Positions 30,120 through 41,857 of a stretch of DNA of 64,000 bases are shown here, in pieces. A program made the position numbers and the translations under genes. Numbering within the stretch: the stretch's first letter is position 1; every line of letters begins with the position of its first letter. Source of the DNA: an uncultured Chloroflexia bacterium. GTDB lineage: Bacteria > Chloroflexota > Limnocylindria > QHBO01. The notes below the pieces were generated by a model that made no database searches, was not told where the DNA came from, and saw only the letters and a program-made list of their open reading frames with translations. Location: positions 288,001-352,000 of the forward strand of contig CAWFCQ010000008.1 of assembly GCA_963814375.1 (NCBI GenBank), given 5' to 3'.

Positions 30120-31070
30120 ATGAGCATCAAGGCACTTTTCTGCAGGGCCGACGGTACCGACGAGGCGGTCGACATCGCCGAATGGGAGGCGCGACCGCTC
30201 GCCGCCGACGAGCTGCTGTGGGTCGATGCCGACGAGCCCGACGACCCCCACGCGATCGCCCGCGCGTTGGGCATCGGCGACGACCTCGCCGCGCGGCTGC
30301 TTGACGACGCGGACTGGCCGACCGCCAGCATCCATGACGGCGCCGTGGAAGTTGTCCTCCTGACGCAGGCCGACGACCTCGAGGCCGATCCGGTGCCGAT
30401 GCGCATCCTGGCCGGCGAGGGCTGGGTGGTTACACACCATGCTGAATCGGTCCCGTTCCTCGACGCTCACCGCGAGCTGATCCAGGACCAGCGCGAGGTC
30501 GGGCGCCTCACGTCGGTGGAGTTCATGGCCTCGATCATGGACTGGCATGTCGACACCTTCTTCAATGCCGCGGCCGAGCTTGAGCGTATCGTCGACAGGC
30601 TCGATGACGCGGCGCTGCGCACCGAGCGCGACCTCGTCGATAGGCTGGTGCAGGTTCGTCGCCGCATCGCGCGCGTGCGCCGCATCCTGATCCCGCATCG
30701 GGACCTGGCCGCCGAGCTGTCCCGGCCGGACTTCCTGCCGGCGTCGATGGCCGAGCATGCCGACGCGTTCGTGGCCGTCGCCAAGCGGCTCGAGCGCGCC
30801 GGCGATGCGATCAGCAACGTTCGCGAGATGCTCATCGGCACGTTCGACATCCACATGACACGCATGGCGCAGCGGACGAACGACACCATGCGGATCCTGA
30901 CGCTGGCATCGGTGATCCTGCTGCCGTCGGTCGTCCTGGCCGGCATAATGGGCATGAACTTCAAGGTGCCGCTGTTCGACCAGCCCGACCTGTTCTGGGC
31001 CGTGATCGCCGCGATGCTGGTGATGGCCGCTGCAACCCTCATCGTGGCTCGATGGCGGGGATGGCTGTGA
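30120..31070 (+). CDS. corA: CorA family Mg2+/Co2+ transporter
   Basis: NDTMRILT, GIMGMNF, two C-terminal TMs. Confidence 0.92.
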   Translation: MSIKALFCRADGTDEAVDIAEWEARPLAADELLWVDADEPDDPHAIARALGIGDDLAARLLDDADWPTASIHDGAVEVVLLTQADDLEADPVPMRILAGEGWVVTHHAESVPFLDAHRELIQDQREVGRLTSVEFMASIMDWHVDTFFNAAAELERIVDRLDDAALRTERDLVDRLVQVRRRIARVRRILIPHRDLAAELSRPDFLPASMAEHADAFVAVAKRLERAGDAISNVREMLIGTFDIHMTRMAQRTNDTMRILTLASVILLPSVVLAGIMGMNFKVPLFDQPDLFWAVIAAMLVMAAATLIVARWRGWL

Positions 31071-31124
31071 CGGCTACAATTCGAGGCTCCCACGCCACGA
31101 CTCGAAGAGGAGCCGATTCGCCGC

Positions 31125-34082
31125 ATGGCCACGAGCGCCCGCAAGCCGTCCACGACACGCAAGCCGCGCCGAACGGCGGCGACCGCAGCCTCGACTGACG
31201 CGAAGCTGATCTACGCCTTCCGCGAGGGCAACGCGTCGATGCGCTCGACGCTCGGCGGCAAGGGTGCCGGCCTGGCGGAGATGACGAACGCGGGTCTGCC
31301 GGTGCCTCCCGGCTTCACGATCACGACCGAGGCCTGCAACGCCTACTACGCGGCCGGCAAGGAGCTGCCGGAGGGCCTGTGGGACGGCGTCGTGGAGCAC
31401 ATGCACGAGCTGGAGCGCGAGACCGGCAAGGGATTCGGCGATCCGGCCAACCCTCTGCTCGTCAGCGTCCGATCCGGCGCCGCATTCAGCATGCCCGGGA
31501 TGATGGACACCGTCCTCAACCTCGGGCTCAACCCCGACACCGTGCAGGGGCTCATCGCGCTCACCGGCAACGAGCGCTTCGCGTGGGATGCCTGGCGGCG
31601 GTTCGTGGCGATGTTCGGCCGGATCGTGCTCGACCTGAGGGCGGAGGACTTCGACCTGCCGTTCGACGAGCTGAAGGAGCAGGCGGGAGCCAAGCTCGAC
31701 ACGGACCTGACCGCGGAGCAGCTGCGCGACATCGGCAACCGGTTCACCGAGATCGTCAGCGAGAAGACCGGCGAACCATTCCCGACCGAGCCGTACCGGC
31801 AGCTGGAGCTCGCCGTTCGCGCCGTCTTCGACTCCTGGTTCGGCAAGCGGGCGCACGACTACCGCGAGTTCAACAAGATCCCGCACGACCTCGGGACCGC
31901 GGTCAACGTGGTCACGATGGTCTTCGGCAACATGGGCGACGATTCCGGCACCGGTGTCGCGTTCACGCGTGACCCGAACACGGGACAGCGCGAGATCTTC
32001 GGCGAGTACCTGACCAACGCCCAGGGCGAGGACGTCGTGGCGGGCGTGCGGACCCCCGCCAAGATCAGCCAGATGCGTGAGGAGCTGCCGGAGGTCTACG
32101 CGCAGTTCGAGGAGATCGCGCAGCGCCTCGAGAGCCACTACCGCGAGATGCAGGACCTCGAGTTCACGATCGAGCGCGGCACGCTGTACATGCTCCAGAC
32201 GCGCTCGGGCAAGCGAACCGCACCGGCCGCGGTGAAGATCGCGGTCGACATGGTCAACGAGGGCGTCATCAGCAAGGAGGAGGCGCTCCAGCGCGTCGAT
32301 CCGGCCCAGATCGTCCAGCTCCTGCTCCCGCGCTTCGACGAGGCGGCCAAGACGAAGGTGGGGGATCGGCTGCTCGGGAAGGGCCTCAACGCGTCGCCGG
32401 GCGCAGCCGTGGGTCAGGCGATCTTCGATCCCGACCGCGCCGTCGCCGCGCGGGACGCCGGCAAGCCGGTGATCCTGGTCCGGATAGAGACCAGCCCCGA
32501 CGACGTTCACGGCATGCTCGCGGCCAAGGGCGTGCTCACGGCACGTGGGGGTGCGACCTCGCACGCCGCCGTGGTGGCTCGATCGATGGGCCTTCCGTGC
32601 GTGGCGGGCGCCGAGTCGCTGAAGATCGACTACGCCAAGCGCCAGATGCGGGCCGGCTCGGCGACGGTGGCCGAGGGCGACGTCATCAGCATCGACGGCA
32701 CCACCGGCGAGATCTTTGCCGGTGAGCTGCCGACGATCGAGGCTCGCTTCGAGGACGAGCACGACCTGGCCACGCTGCTCGGCTGGGCCGACGAGGTCCG
32801 GACGATGCAGGTCTGGGCCAACGCCGACTACCCGCGCGACGCGGAGCGGGCACGCGCCTTCGGCGCGCAGGGCATCGGCCTGTGCCGGACCGAGCACATG
32901 TTCTTCGAGGAGGATCGGCTGCCGACGGTACGGCGCATGATCCTCAACGCCCATGCGGCGACCGCGGCCAAGCACCTTGCCGACGCGGACCTCACCGACG
33001 ACGATCGCGAGGCCGTCACGACGTTCGACCAGGCGCTGGCGGAGCTGGAGCGCCTCCAGACGGATGACTTTGCCGGTCTCTTCCGCGCCATGGACGGCCT
33101 GCCGGTGGTCATCCGTCTCATCGATCCGCCGCTCCACGAGTTCCTGCCCTCCCACGACCAGCTCGTCGCGGACGTCACCCGGCTGCGCACGACGCTCGAT
33201 TTGACCGACGGCGCTCTCGGCGTAGACGCCGGGCTGGTGCAGCAGACGCTGGTGAAGCTATTCGGAACGAAGGACGCGGCGCGGGCGATGCGCAAGCTCG
33301 GCCTCTCGGAGCCCGAGCCGGGTATGAAGCGGTCGCCGCTCAATCGTCCGGCGCTCGAGGCCGATCTGGCGGAAAAGGAGGAGCTCCTTCACGCCGTCGA
33401 GGCGATGCGAGAGCAGAACCCGATGCTGGGTCTGCGTGGCGTGCGGCTGGGGCTGATGGTGCCCGACATCGTGAAGATGCAGACGCGGGCCATCCTGGCC
33501 GGCGCGGCGCGCGTGGCGGCCGAGGGCCTCACACCCCTGCCCGAGATCATGATCCCGCTCGTCGGGCATGTGAACGAGCTCGCCGAGACACGTGAGATCC
33601 TCGAGGCGGAGGTGGCGCGCATCGTCGAGGCCTCGGGCCAGCAGGTGGACTACAAGTTCGGCACGATGATCGAGGTCCCGCGAGGGGCGCTTACCGCCGA
33701 CGAGATCGCCGAGCACGCCGAGTTCTTCAGCTTCGGAACGAACGACCTGACCCAGATGGGCTTCGGCTACTCGCGTGACGACGCCGAGGGCAAGTTCCTG
33801 ATGCAGTACGTCGATCGCAAGGTCCTGCCCGAGAACCCGTTCCAGGTGCTCGACGTCGCGGGCATGGGACAGCTCATGCGAATGGGCGTCGAGAAGGGCA
33901 GGGCGACGAAACCGGACCTCAAGATCGGGATCTGCGGCGAGCATGGCGGCGACCCTCAGTCGATCGCCTTCTGCCACGAGGTCGGTCTCAACTACGTGAG
34001 CTGCTCCCCGTTCCGCGTGCCGGTGGCTCGGCTGGCGGCGGCGCAGGCGGCGATCGCGACAACCGAGGCCCGCGACAAGTAG
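31125..34082 (+). CDS. ppdK: Pyruvate, phosphate dikinase
   Basis: LGGKGAGLAEM, VSVRSGA, GGATSHAAVVAR, GLCRTEHMF, SFGTNDLTQ, GICGEHGG. Confidence 0.98.
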   Translation: MATSARKPSTTRKPRRTAATAASTDAKLIYAFREGNASMRSTLGGKGAGLAEMTNAGLPVPPGFTITTEACNAYYAAGKELPEGLWDGVVEHMHELERETGKGFGDPANPLLVSVRSGAAFSMPGMMDTVLNLGLNPDTVQGLIALTGNERFAWDAWRRFVAMFGRIVLDLRAEDFDLPFDELKEQAGAKLDTDLTAEQLRDIGNRFTEIVSEKTGEPFPTEPYRQLELAVRAVFDSWFGKRAHDYREFNKIPHDLGTAVNVVTMVFGNMGDDSGTGVAFTRDPNTGQREIFGEYLTNAQGEDVVAGVRTPAKISQMREELPEVYAQFEEIAQRLESHYREMQDLEFTIERGTLYMLQTRSGKRTAPAAVKIAVDMVNEGVISKEEALQRVDPAQIVQLLLPRFDEAAKTKVGDRLLGKGLNASPGAAVGQAIFDPDRAVAARDAGKPVILVRIETSPDDVHGMLAAKGVLTARGGATSHAAVVARSMGLPCVAGAESLKIDYAKRQMRAGSATVAEGDVISIDGTTGEIFAGELPTIEARFEDEHDLATLLGWADEVRTMQVWANADYPRDAERARAFGAQGIGLCRTEHMFFEEDRLPTVRRMILNAHAATAAKHLADADLTDDDREAVTTFDQALAELERLQTDDFAGLFRAMDGLPVVIRLIDPPLHEFLPSHDQLVADVTRLRTTLDLTDGALGVDAGLVQQTLVKLFGTKDAARAMRKLGLSEPEPGMKRSPLNRPALEADLAEKEELLHAVEAMREQNPMLGLRGVRLGLMVPDIVKMQTRAILAGAARVAAEGLTPLPEIMIPLVGHVNELAETREILEAEVARIVEASGQQVDYKFGTMIEVPRGALTADEIAEHAEFFSFGTNDLTQMGFGYSRDDAEGKFLMQYVDRKVLPENPFQVLDVAGMGQLMRMGVEKGRATKPDLKIGICGEHGGDPQSIAFCHEVGLNYVSCSPFRVPVARLAAAQAAIATTEARDK

Positions 34083-34100
34083 CCCGGGCGGCCCGAACCC

Positions 34101-35022
34101 CTACGGCGCGGCGGCGATCGTCACCGTGGCGGGGCTCGAGCTCGCCACGCCATCCGAGGCGAGGTAGCTGAAGGTGATGCCCGTGAAATCGGCGGGCGCG
34201 TCGAAGGTGAACGACCCATCGGCGTTGAGTGTCAGCCCGGCGACCGGATCTGCGAATGCCGTGAGCACATCGCCGTCCGGGTCGGCGTCGTTCGCCAGGA
34301 GGCCGGCCGCCGCATCCACCACCAGGGCCTGACCGGGCGCGACCGAGTAGTCGTCCGCGAGCGCCACCGGCGGGGCATTCGGCGGCGGAACGATCGGGGT
34401 AGGAGTCGGCTGGGCGGTAGGCGTCGGAATCGGCGGCGGGGGCAACCCGCGCGGGCTGGGCGTCGGAGGTGGGGGAGTCACCGGCGGTTCATTCGATGGC
34501 GTGGCTCGTGGCGGGGGCGTGCCGGCCGGAACGGGTCCACCGGCCACCGGCCCAGATCCACCGCCAACTGGCCCGGGTGTCGTCTCGGCAGACGGCGCTG
34601 CCCTGGCTGGGCGAGGCCGATGCATCGGGATTGTCCGTGGTCGACGGCGACGGCGTCGAAGGCGCTCCCTCACCCGCGAGCACGCCGCCTCCCGGCGTGG
34701 GAGGGGCCGTCGAAGCGGTCGCTCCGTCGGCAGGCACGCTGGGTGGCATGAGCCCGCTGCCGGCCACGATTCCCACCGTGAGCACCGCGACGGCCGTGGT
34801 TCCGATCAGAGCGCGGACGAGAATCGCCGAGCTGACGGCTTGCCCGGACGCGGTGGGCGGAATCGGGGCGACGCCGAGATCGATGTCGGCCAACGCATCG
34901 AGCGCCGCGATCCGGCCCAGACACGTCTGGCACGCCGAGGCATGGAGCGCCACGTCTCGCGCCGGTTCGCCGAGCGCGCCGGCGCCAAGCCAGGCGGCCA
35001 GCCGGTCGTGAAGGTCGCTCAT
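34101..35022 (-). CDS. Zinc-binding anti-sigma factor with TM, Pro/Thr linker and Ig-like (Big_9/cadherin-like) domain; frameshift near 34590
   Basis: HASACQTC (HxxxCxxC) and TM in ORF 35022-34489; NAPPVALADDY..LLANDADPDGD..LNADGSFTF..TFSY in ORF ending 34101. Confidence 0.75.
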
Positions 35023-35573
35023 CCCAGCGTTCGGCGCGCTACCGCGTGGATTCGTTCCGCGATCGGGCCGTCACTGACGGGGTGGGCATCGGTAGGGGCT
35101 GCATCGAGGTAGCGGAGGCGGGCGCGCTTCAGGAGCCGATCCAGAGCGCGCCCGTCTCGACCGACGACAACTGCCACGTCGCGACGATCGAGCCTCTCGA
35201 TCGATGCCGCGATGAGTGCGGCCCGCTCAGCATGCTTCAGTGCACTGAGCCCGCGCAGAACGGCTGGGTCGGCCCCGATGTCGCCGAGGTCGGAGGCTGC
35301 GTCCGGGTCCCGCCGACCAGCCGATCGGCGCGGGGCCGCGCGAACGACTTGGGATCGAAGCCAGGCCGCGGCCCGCTCGGGGTGGCGCAGCTCGTCGACT
35401 CGTCGGCCGCCTGCGGCAAGCGCATCGGCGGCACGGCGCGCCGCCTCGGGCCGATCGCCGAGCGTGAGCAGCAGCGCGAATCCATGGAGGCGCCGCCCGT
35501 GCAGGTCGTGAAACGCGGCGCGGACGGCGTCGGGCGGCGGCGGTGTGGCGGGAGCACGCTGCTCGGGGTGCAT
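35019..35573 (-). CDS. Divergent ECF-type sigma factor
   Basis: Sigma2-like FHDLHGRRLHGFALLLTLGD..AWLRSQV; sigma4-like LSALKHAERAAL..DVAVVVG..RLLKRAR; ATGA-coupled to the ZAS gene. Confidence 0.68.
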   Translation of the reverse strand: MHPEQRAPATPPPPDAVRAAFHDLHGRRLHGFALLLTLGDRPEAARRAADALAAGGRRVDELRHPERAAAWLRSQVVRAAPRRSAGRRDPDAASDLGDIGADPAVLRGLSALKHAERAALIAASIERLDRRDVAVVVGRDGRALDRLLKRARLRYLDAAPTDAHPVSDGPIAERIHAVARRTLG

Positions 35574-35662
35574 CGGCCTCGGTCGGTGCGGTGCGGATCG
35601 GTGCGGAAGTGTACCGTTCCGGTGCAACCACCGCGCCCATCTCACGCTTGATGGCGACCGAA

Positions 35663-35713
35663 CTTGACAATCGGCTAAAATAGACCCGGAGACCTTGACA
35701 AACCACTTGACAA
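35663..35713 (+). promoter_or_regulatory. dnaG-rpoD promoter region: -10 TAAAAT flanked by three CTTGACAA repeats
   Basis: CTTGACAA at 35663, 35694, 35706; TAAAAT at 35676-35681. Confidence 0.55.
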
Positions 35714-35760
35714 GCGGAAGCGCCCACGGAAACGCGTATCTGGGGCGCGAGGGAATCAAC

Positions 35761-37578
35761 ATCACCGGATCCTCGAGCATCGTCGCGGATATCAAGTCGA
35801 AGCTGCCCGTCGCCGACGTCGTCGGCGATACCGTCGCGCTCAAGCGCGCGGGCACGATCCTCAAGGGCCTCTGCCCCTTCCACGGCGAGAAGACAGCATC
35901 GTTCATCGTCACGCCCGATCGGGAGACGTGGCACTGCTTCGGCTGCGGTGAGCACGGCGACATCTTCACCTTCGTCATGAAGCGCGACGGCCTCGACTTT
36001 CGGGAGGCGCTCGCCCGACTGGCGGAGAAGGCCGGCGTCGAGCTCTCGGAGCGCACGGCGAGCGAGGACCGCCGCAAGCGGCGGCTGCGCGAGGCGCTGG
36101 AGGCGGCGATTGCCTGGTATCGCGAGGTCCTGCTCCAGGCACGCCAGGCCGAGCGGGCGCGCTCCTATCTCGCCGAGCGCGGGCTCAGCGAGGAGACCCT
36201 CGAGCGGTTCGGGATCGGCTACGCGCTCAACAACTGGGAGGCGCTTGCCAAGCGCCTTCGTGCCAAGGGATTCAGCGACACCGAGCTGACCGATGCGGGT
36301 CTCGCCAGCCCGTCGACGCGCGGGGGCGTCTACGATCGCTTCCGCGGCCGGATCATCATTCCGATCCGCGACGCCTCCGGCCGGGCCATCGGGCTCGGCG
36401 GCCGCATCCTGCCGGATGCCGAGGGCCCGAAGTACCTCAACTCGCCCGCGACTGCCCTCTTCGACAAGAGCCGGACCCTGTACGGCATCGACCTCGCCAA
36501 GGGCGCGATTCGGCGCGAGAAGCTCGCGGTCATCGTTGAGGGCTACACCGACGTCATGGCGGCGCACCAGGCCGGATTCGGCAACGTCGTCGCCAGCCTC
36601 GGCACGGCCCTCACCCAGGGGCAGGTGGAGCTCGCCAACCGCTACGCCGAGGGCGTCGCGCTGGCCTATGACGTCGATCTCGCCGGCGAGGCCGCCACCC
36701 AGCGCGGGCTGCTCGAGGAGCTCGGTCCAGTGGTGAGCAAGGTGCGGGTCATCCGCATCCCGGCCGGCAAGGATCCCGACGAGCTGATTCGGACCGACCC
36801 GGATGGGTGGCGCACCGCGGTCGAATCGGCCGAGGAGCTGCTGCCGTACTTCATGCAGCGTGCCGCGAGCGAGGTCGACCTGCGCCAGCCACACGGCCGG
36901 AGCGCCTATACGCGCCGGATGCTCGACCTGCTGGGGCGCATCCCGGATCGGGTCGAGCGCGACTCCTACGTCCCTCGCCTCGCCCAGCTGGCGGGCATCG
37001 ACGAGCGGGTCCTGCGCGACGAGCTGGCACGGGGCCCGCGCCCGATGCCCATCCGACCAATCGAGGCTGAAGCGTCCGTGGCGGATGCCGCCGGCCTCGG
37101 CGCGCTCGAGAGGGAGGCGCTGATGCTGCTCCTCCTGAACCCAGCCCTGGCCGCTGAGCAGGCCGGCGAGCGGCTGCCGATCCGTGACAGTTCCGGGCTC
37201 GCTCTCGCCGAGGCCTGGATCGGGGCGGTGTCATCCGCGGGCGGAAGGCCTGAGCTGGACGCCTTCGTGTCCGGGCTCGATCCCGTCACCGGTGAGCTTG
37301 CGCGCGGCCTGCTGGCATCCGCGCGCGCGCGAATGGTGCGGCCGGATCTCGAGACCGATCGCGAGGCCCTGCGCGTCTGCCTGCTTCGCCTGCGGAAGGA
37401 GCAGCTCCAGGACCGGCTCGCCGACCTTCAGTCATTGATCAGCGTCGGGGCAGGCGCCACCGATGGCACCGATCTCCACGATCTCGAACGACAGTTCCAG
37501 GTGCTGCATCTCGAGAGGGAGCAGCTCGAACAGGCGATCAACCCGTCGGCCGTCGTGGCCGGACAGAGGAGGAACTAG
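35761..37578 (+). CDS. dnaG: DNA primase (start uncertain: ATC 35761, or TTG 35695/35707)
   Basis: CPFHGEKTASF..CFGC Zn finger, YDRFRGRIIIPI, KYLNSP, VEGYTDV, AYDVDLAG, KDPDE. Confidence 0.96.
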   Translation: MTGSSSIVADIKSKLPVADVVGDTVALKRAGTILKGLCPFHGEKTASFIVTPDRETWHCFGCGEHGDIFTFVMKRDGLDFREALARLAEKAGVELSERTASEDRRKRRLREALEAAIAWYREVLLQARQAERARSYLAERGLSEETLERFGIGYALNNWEALAKRLRAKGFSDTELTDAGLASPSTRGGVYDRFRGRIIIPIRDASGRAIGLGGRILPDAEGPKYLNSPATALFDKSRTLYGIDLAKGAIRREKLAVIVEGYTDVMAAHQAGFGNVVASLGTALTQGQVELANRYAEGVALAYDVDLAGEAATQRGLLEELGPVVSKVRVIRIPAGKDPDELIRTDPDGWRTAVESAEELLPYFMQRAASEVDLRQPHGRSAYTRRMLDLLGRIPDRVERDSYVPRLAQLAGIDERVLRDELARGPRPMPIRPIEAEASVADAAGLGALEREALMLLLLNPALAAEQAGERLPIRDSSGLALAEAWIGAVSSAGGRPELDAFVSGLDPVTGELARGLLASARARMVRPDLETDREALRVCLLRLRKEQLQDRLADLQSLISVGAGATDGTDLHDLERQFQVLHLEREQLEQAINPSAVVAGQRRN

Positions 37579-37582
37579 CACC

Positions 37583-39783
<2,201 letters not shown>

Positions 39784-39786
39784 CCG

Positions 39787-40389
39787 ATGCAGTTCGCGGA
39801 GGTCGTCCGCCAACGGCGGATGGTCCGGCACTTCGCGCCCGACGCGATCGATCGGTCGGTGCTCGAGCGGATCGCGGCGACCGCGCAGCGGGCGCCGTCG
39901 GCCGGGTTCAGCCAGGGCCAGCGGCTCATCATCGTGACGGATCCAGCGCGCCGGCGACGGTTGGCCGAGCTCGCCGGAGAGGGCTTCTACACCGATCGCG
40001 GCTTCGACCCGTGGATCAGCGAGGCGCCGGCACTGTTCGTGCCCGCCGTCTCGGCCAAGGTGTATGTCGATCGTTACAACGAGCCGGACAAGCGCGACCC
40101 GTCGGCTCCGCCGGGCACGGAGGACGAGTGGGATGTGCCGTACTGGTGGATGGACGTCGGCTGCACGGTGATGCTCATCCTCCTCGCCGCCGTTGACGAG
40201 GGACTGGCAGCCGGGTTCGCCGGTGGCGACTTCGACGGCATCCGTGCCGAGGTCGGTCTGCCGGGCGACTTCACGCCGGTCGGCGTGATCCCGGTCGGGA
40301 GGCCCCTGCCGGACAAGAAGTCGCCGTCCCTGCAGCGCGGATGGCGCGGTCTCGACGAATTCGCGCGTTGGGAGCGCTGGGAAGGCTAG
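39787..40389 (+). CDS. Nitroreductase family protein
   Basis: RQRRMVRHF, RAPSAGFSQ, LLAAVDEGL. Confidence 0.9.
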   Translation: MQFAEVVRQRRMVRHFAPDAIDRSVLERIAATAQRAPSAGFSQGQRLIIVTDPARRRRLAELAGEGFYTDRGFDPWISEAPALFVPAVSAKVYVDRYNEPDKRDPSAPPGTEDEWDVPYWWMDVGCTVMLILLAAVDEGLAAGFAGGDFDGIRAEVGLPGDFTPVGVIPVGRPLPDKKSPSLQRGWRGLDEFARWERWEG

Positions 40390-40412
40390 GCCTCAGCTCG
40401 GTCGTCCTTCCT

Positions 40413-40442
40413 TTGACCCTGGTCGGCGCCGAGCGCTATCAT
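40413..40442 (+). promoter_or_regulatory. Sigma70 promoter of tRNA-Asn
   Basis: TTGACC-N18-TATCAT. Confidence 0.6.
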
Positions 40443-40485
40443 CGCCGATGTCCACGGGAGCCCTCGCATCGGTCCCGTCACGCGT

Positions 40486-40560
40486 TCCGGCGTAGCTCAG
40501 TGGTAGAGCGGGCGGCTGTTAACCGCTTGGTCGTAGGTTCGAATCCTACCGCCGGAGCCA
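40486..40560 (+). tRNA. tRNA-Asn(GTT)
   Basis: TCCGGCG/CGCCGGA acceptor stem, anticodon loop CTGTTAA, GGTTCGAATCC T-arm, CCA end. Confidence 0.97.
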
Positions 40561-40626
40561 CCTTCCTCCCGGACATGGATGTGGCGCCGATGCGCCATCG
40601 CGGCGCACCGACGCGTGGTTGCCTGC

Positions 40627-41428
40627 CTAGGCGCTGGCGGCCGCCGGCTCGGCGACGAGTGGCTCGCCGGTCTCGAGCAGCGACTTGAGGCCTGAGAGGA
40701 TGAAGGGCATCCCACCCGACACCTGCTCGAAGGTGGCGGTCCGCGACGGGAACTCGTCGTGGATCGTCGTCACCTTGGTGACGCCCGGTGCGGCCTCCTC
40801 GATCTCCCACGTCAGCCGAGACGGCGCATCCGATGCGACGTCCTCGTCCCAGCGCGCGTCGAACGTCTGGACCAGGCGGCGTGGGGGATCGGCCTCGAGG
40901 ACGGTCCCGACGATGGCGTCGGTGCCGCCCAGGAGTGTAGCGAAACGTCGAGCCGGCCTTCCAATCGGACTCGACGGAGCTGCCGTAGTAGTAGCGGAGC
41001 GTGAACTCCGACTCGGTGATGGCCGCCCACACCCGATCGGGCGTGGCGCGGATGAAGATCTGCGAGACAGCATGCGGGCGATCCCGTGTCTCGCCGTCGG
41101 TACCCATGGTGGGCTCCTCCATGAACGATTGAAGGGCAAGCAGAACGTCCGCGGCGCGAGTCCGGAACTTGTCGAGCCAGCGGTCGTGGAGCCTTCGGAT
41201 GGGGACGGGGTTGAGGTAGTGGAGCCGCCTGCGGCCGCTCCGATGCGAGACCACCAGCCCCGCCTGCTCCAGGATGCGCAGGTGCTTCATGACCGCGATG
41301 CGGGTCATCTGGGGAAGTGCCTTCTCGAGCTCGCCGAGCGTCTGGCCATCGCGCTCATAGAGCCGATCCAGCAGCCGCCGGCGGGATGGATCCGCCAACG
41401 CCCGAAAGACCTGGTCACCCTGCTCCAT
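40627..41428 (-). CDS. ArsR HTH-SRPBCC (AHSA1) fusion regulator; frameshift near 40935
   Basis: VFRALADPSRRRLL..KHLRILEQAGLV; IFIRATPDRVWAAIT then GTVLEADPPRRLV..ILSGLKSLLETG in the other frame. Confidence 0.85.
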
Positions 41429-41435
41429 GCCCGGG

Positions 41436-41465
41436 AGAATACGTCACCATTCGGTTACATGTCAA
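41436..41465 (-). promoter_or_regulatory. Leaderless sigma70 promoter of the ArsR gene with an overlapping imperfect palindrome (probable autoregulatory operator)
   Basis: TTGACA-N18-TATTCT, ATG 7 nt downstream; ACGTCACC-N4-GGTTACAT at 41441-41460. Confidence 0.65.
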
Positions 41466-41486
41466 TACCCGAGGGTGCGCAGGTCA

Positions 41487-41620
41487 GGCGAGCGGGTGAG
41501 GAAATCAGGAGCTCGGGCTAACGCCTGGGCGTTTCGCGCGTTAGTACTCGTGAGCCGGGCACTGCGTTGGCGGCTCTGCCGCCAGGGCAGCCGCAGTGAC
41601 CCGGTCTTTTCATGCCCGCC
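41487..41620. ncRNA. Candidate structured non-coding RNA (unassigned)
   Basis: Several hand-identified stems; U-tract after the last stem on the + strand. Confidence 0.35.
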
Positions 41621-41626
41621 AAAAGC

Positions 41627-41839
41627 TCAGGTCGAGCGCTCGTCCCAGTCCGGGTCGACCGGCGCCGTTGGCCCGACGTCGTCGAAGGTCGGCACGAGGA
41701 TCCAGCCCATGACGCCCATCGCCACCGCGAAGAAGGCGAGCATGATCGACCCGGACCACTCATAGCCGCTCATCCACCAGTAGGCGACGGCCACGACCAG
41801 GATGCCGACCGGGAGGATGAGGAACTTGAGCAGGCTCAT
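41627..41839 (-). CDS. Small 2-TM protein resembling the N-half of actinobacterial cytochrome c oxidase subunit IV (CtaF)
   Basis: TM-YWWMSGYEWSGSIML-TM; TATCAT 6 nt upstream of ATG. Confidence 0.6.
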   Translation of the reverse strand: MSLLKFLILPVGILVVAVAYWWMSGYEWSGSIMLAFFAVAMGVMGWILVPTFDDVGPTAPVDPDWDERST

Positions 41840-41857
41840 GGTCCGATGATAGCGGGC

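Noticed and set aside
41470-41620. SRP RNA or hammerhead ribozyme
   Set aside because: No CAGG..GGAA..AGCAG SRP core and no CTGATGA hammerhead core; kept only as an unassigned RNA candidate.
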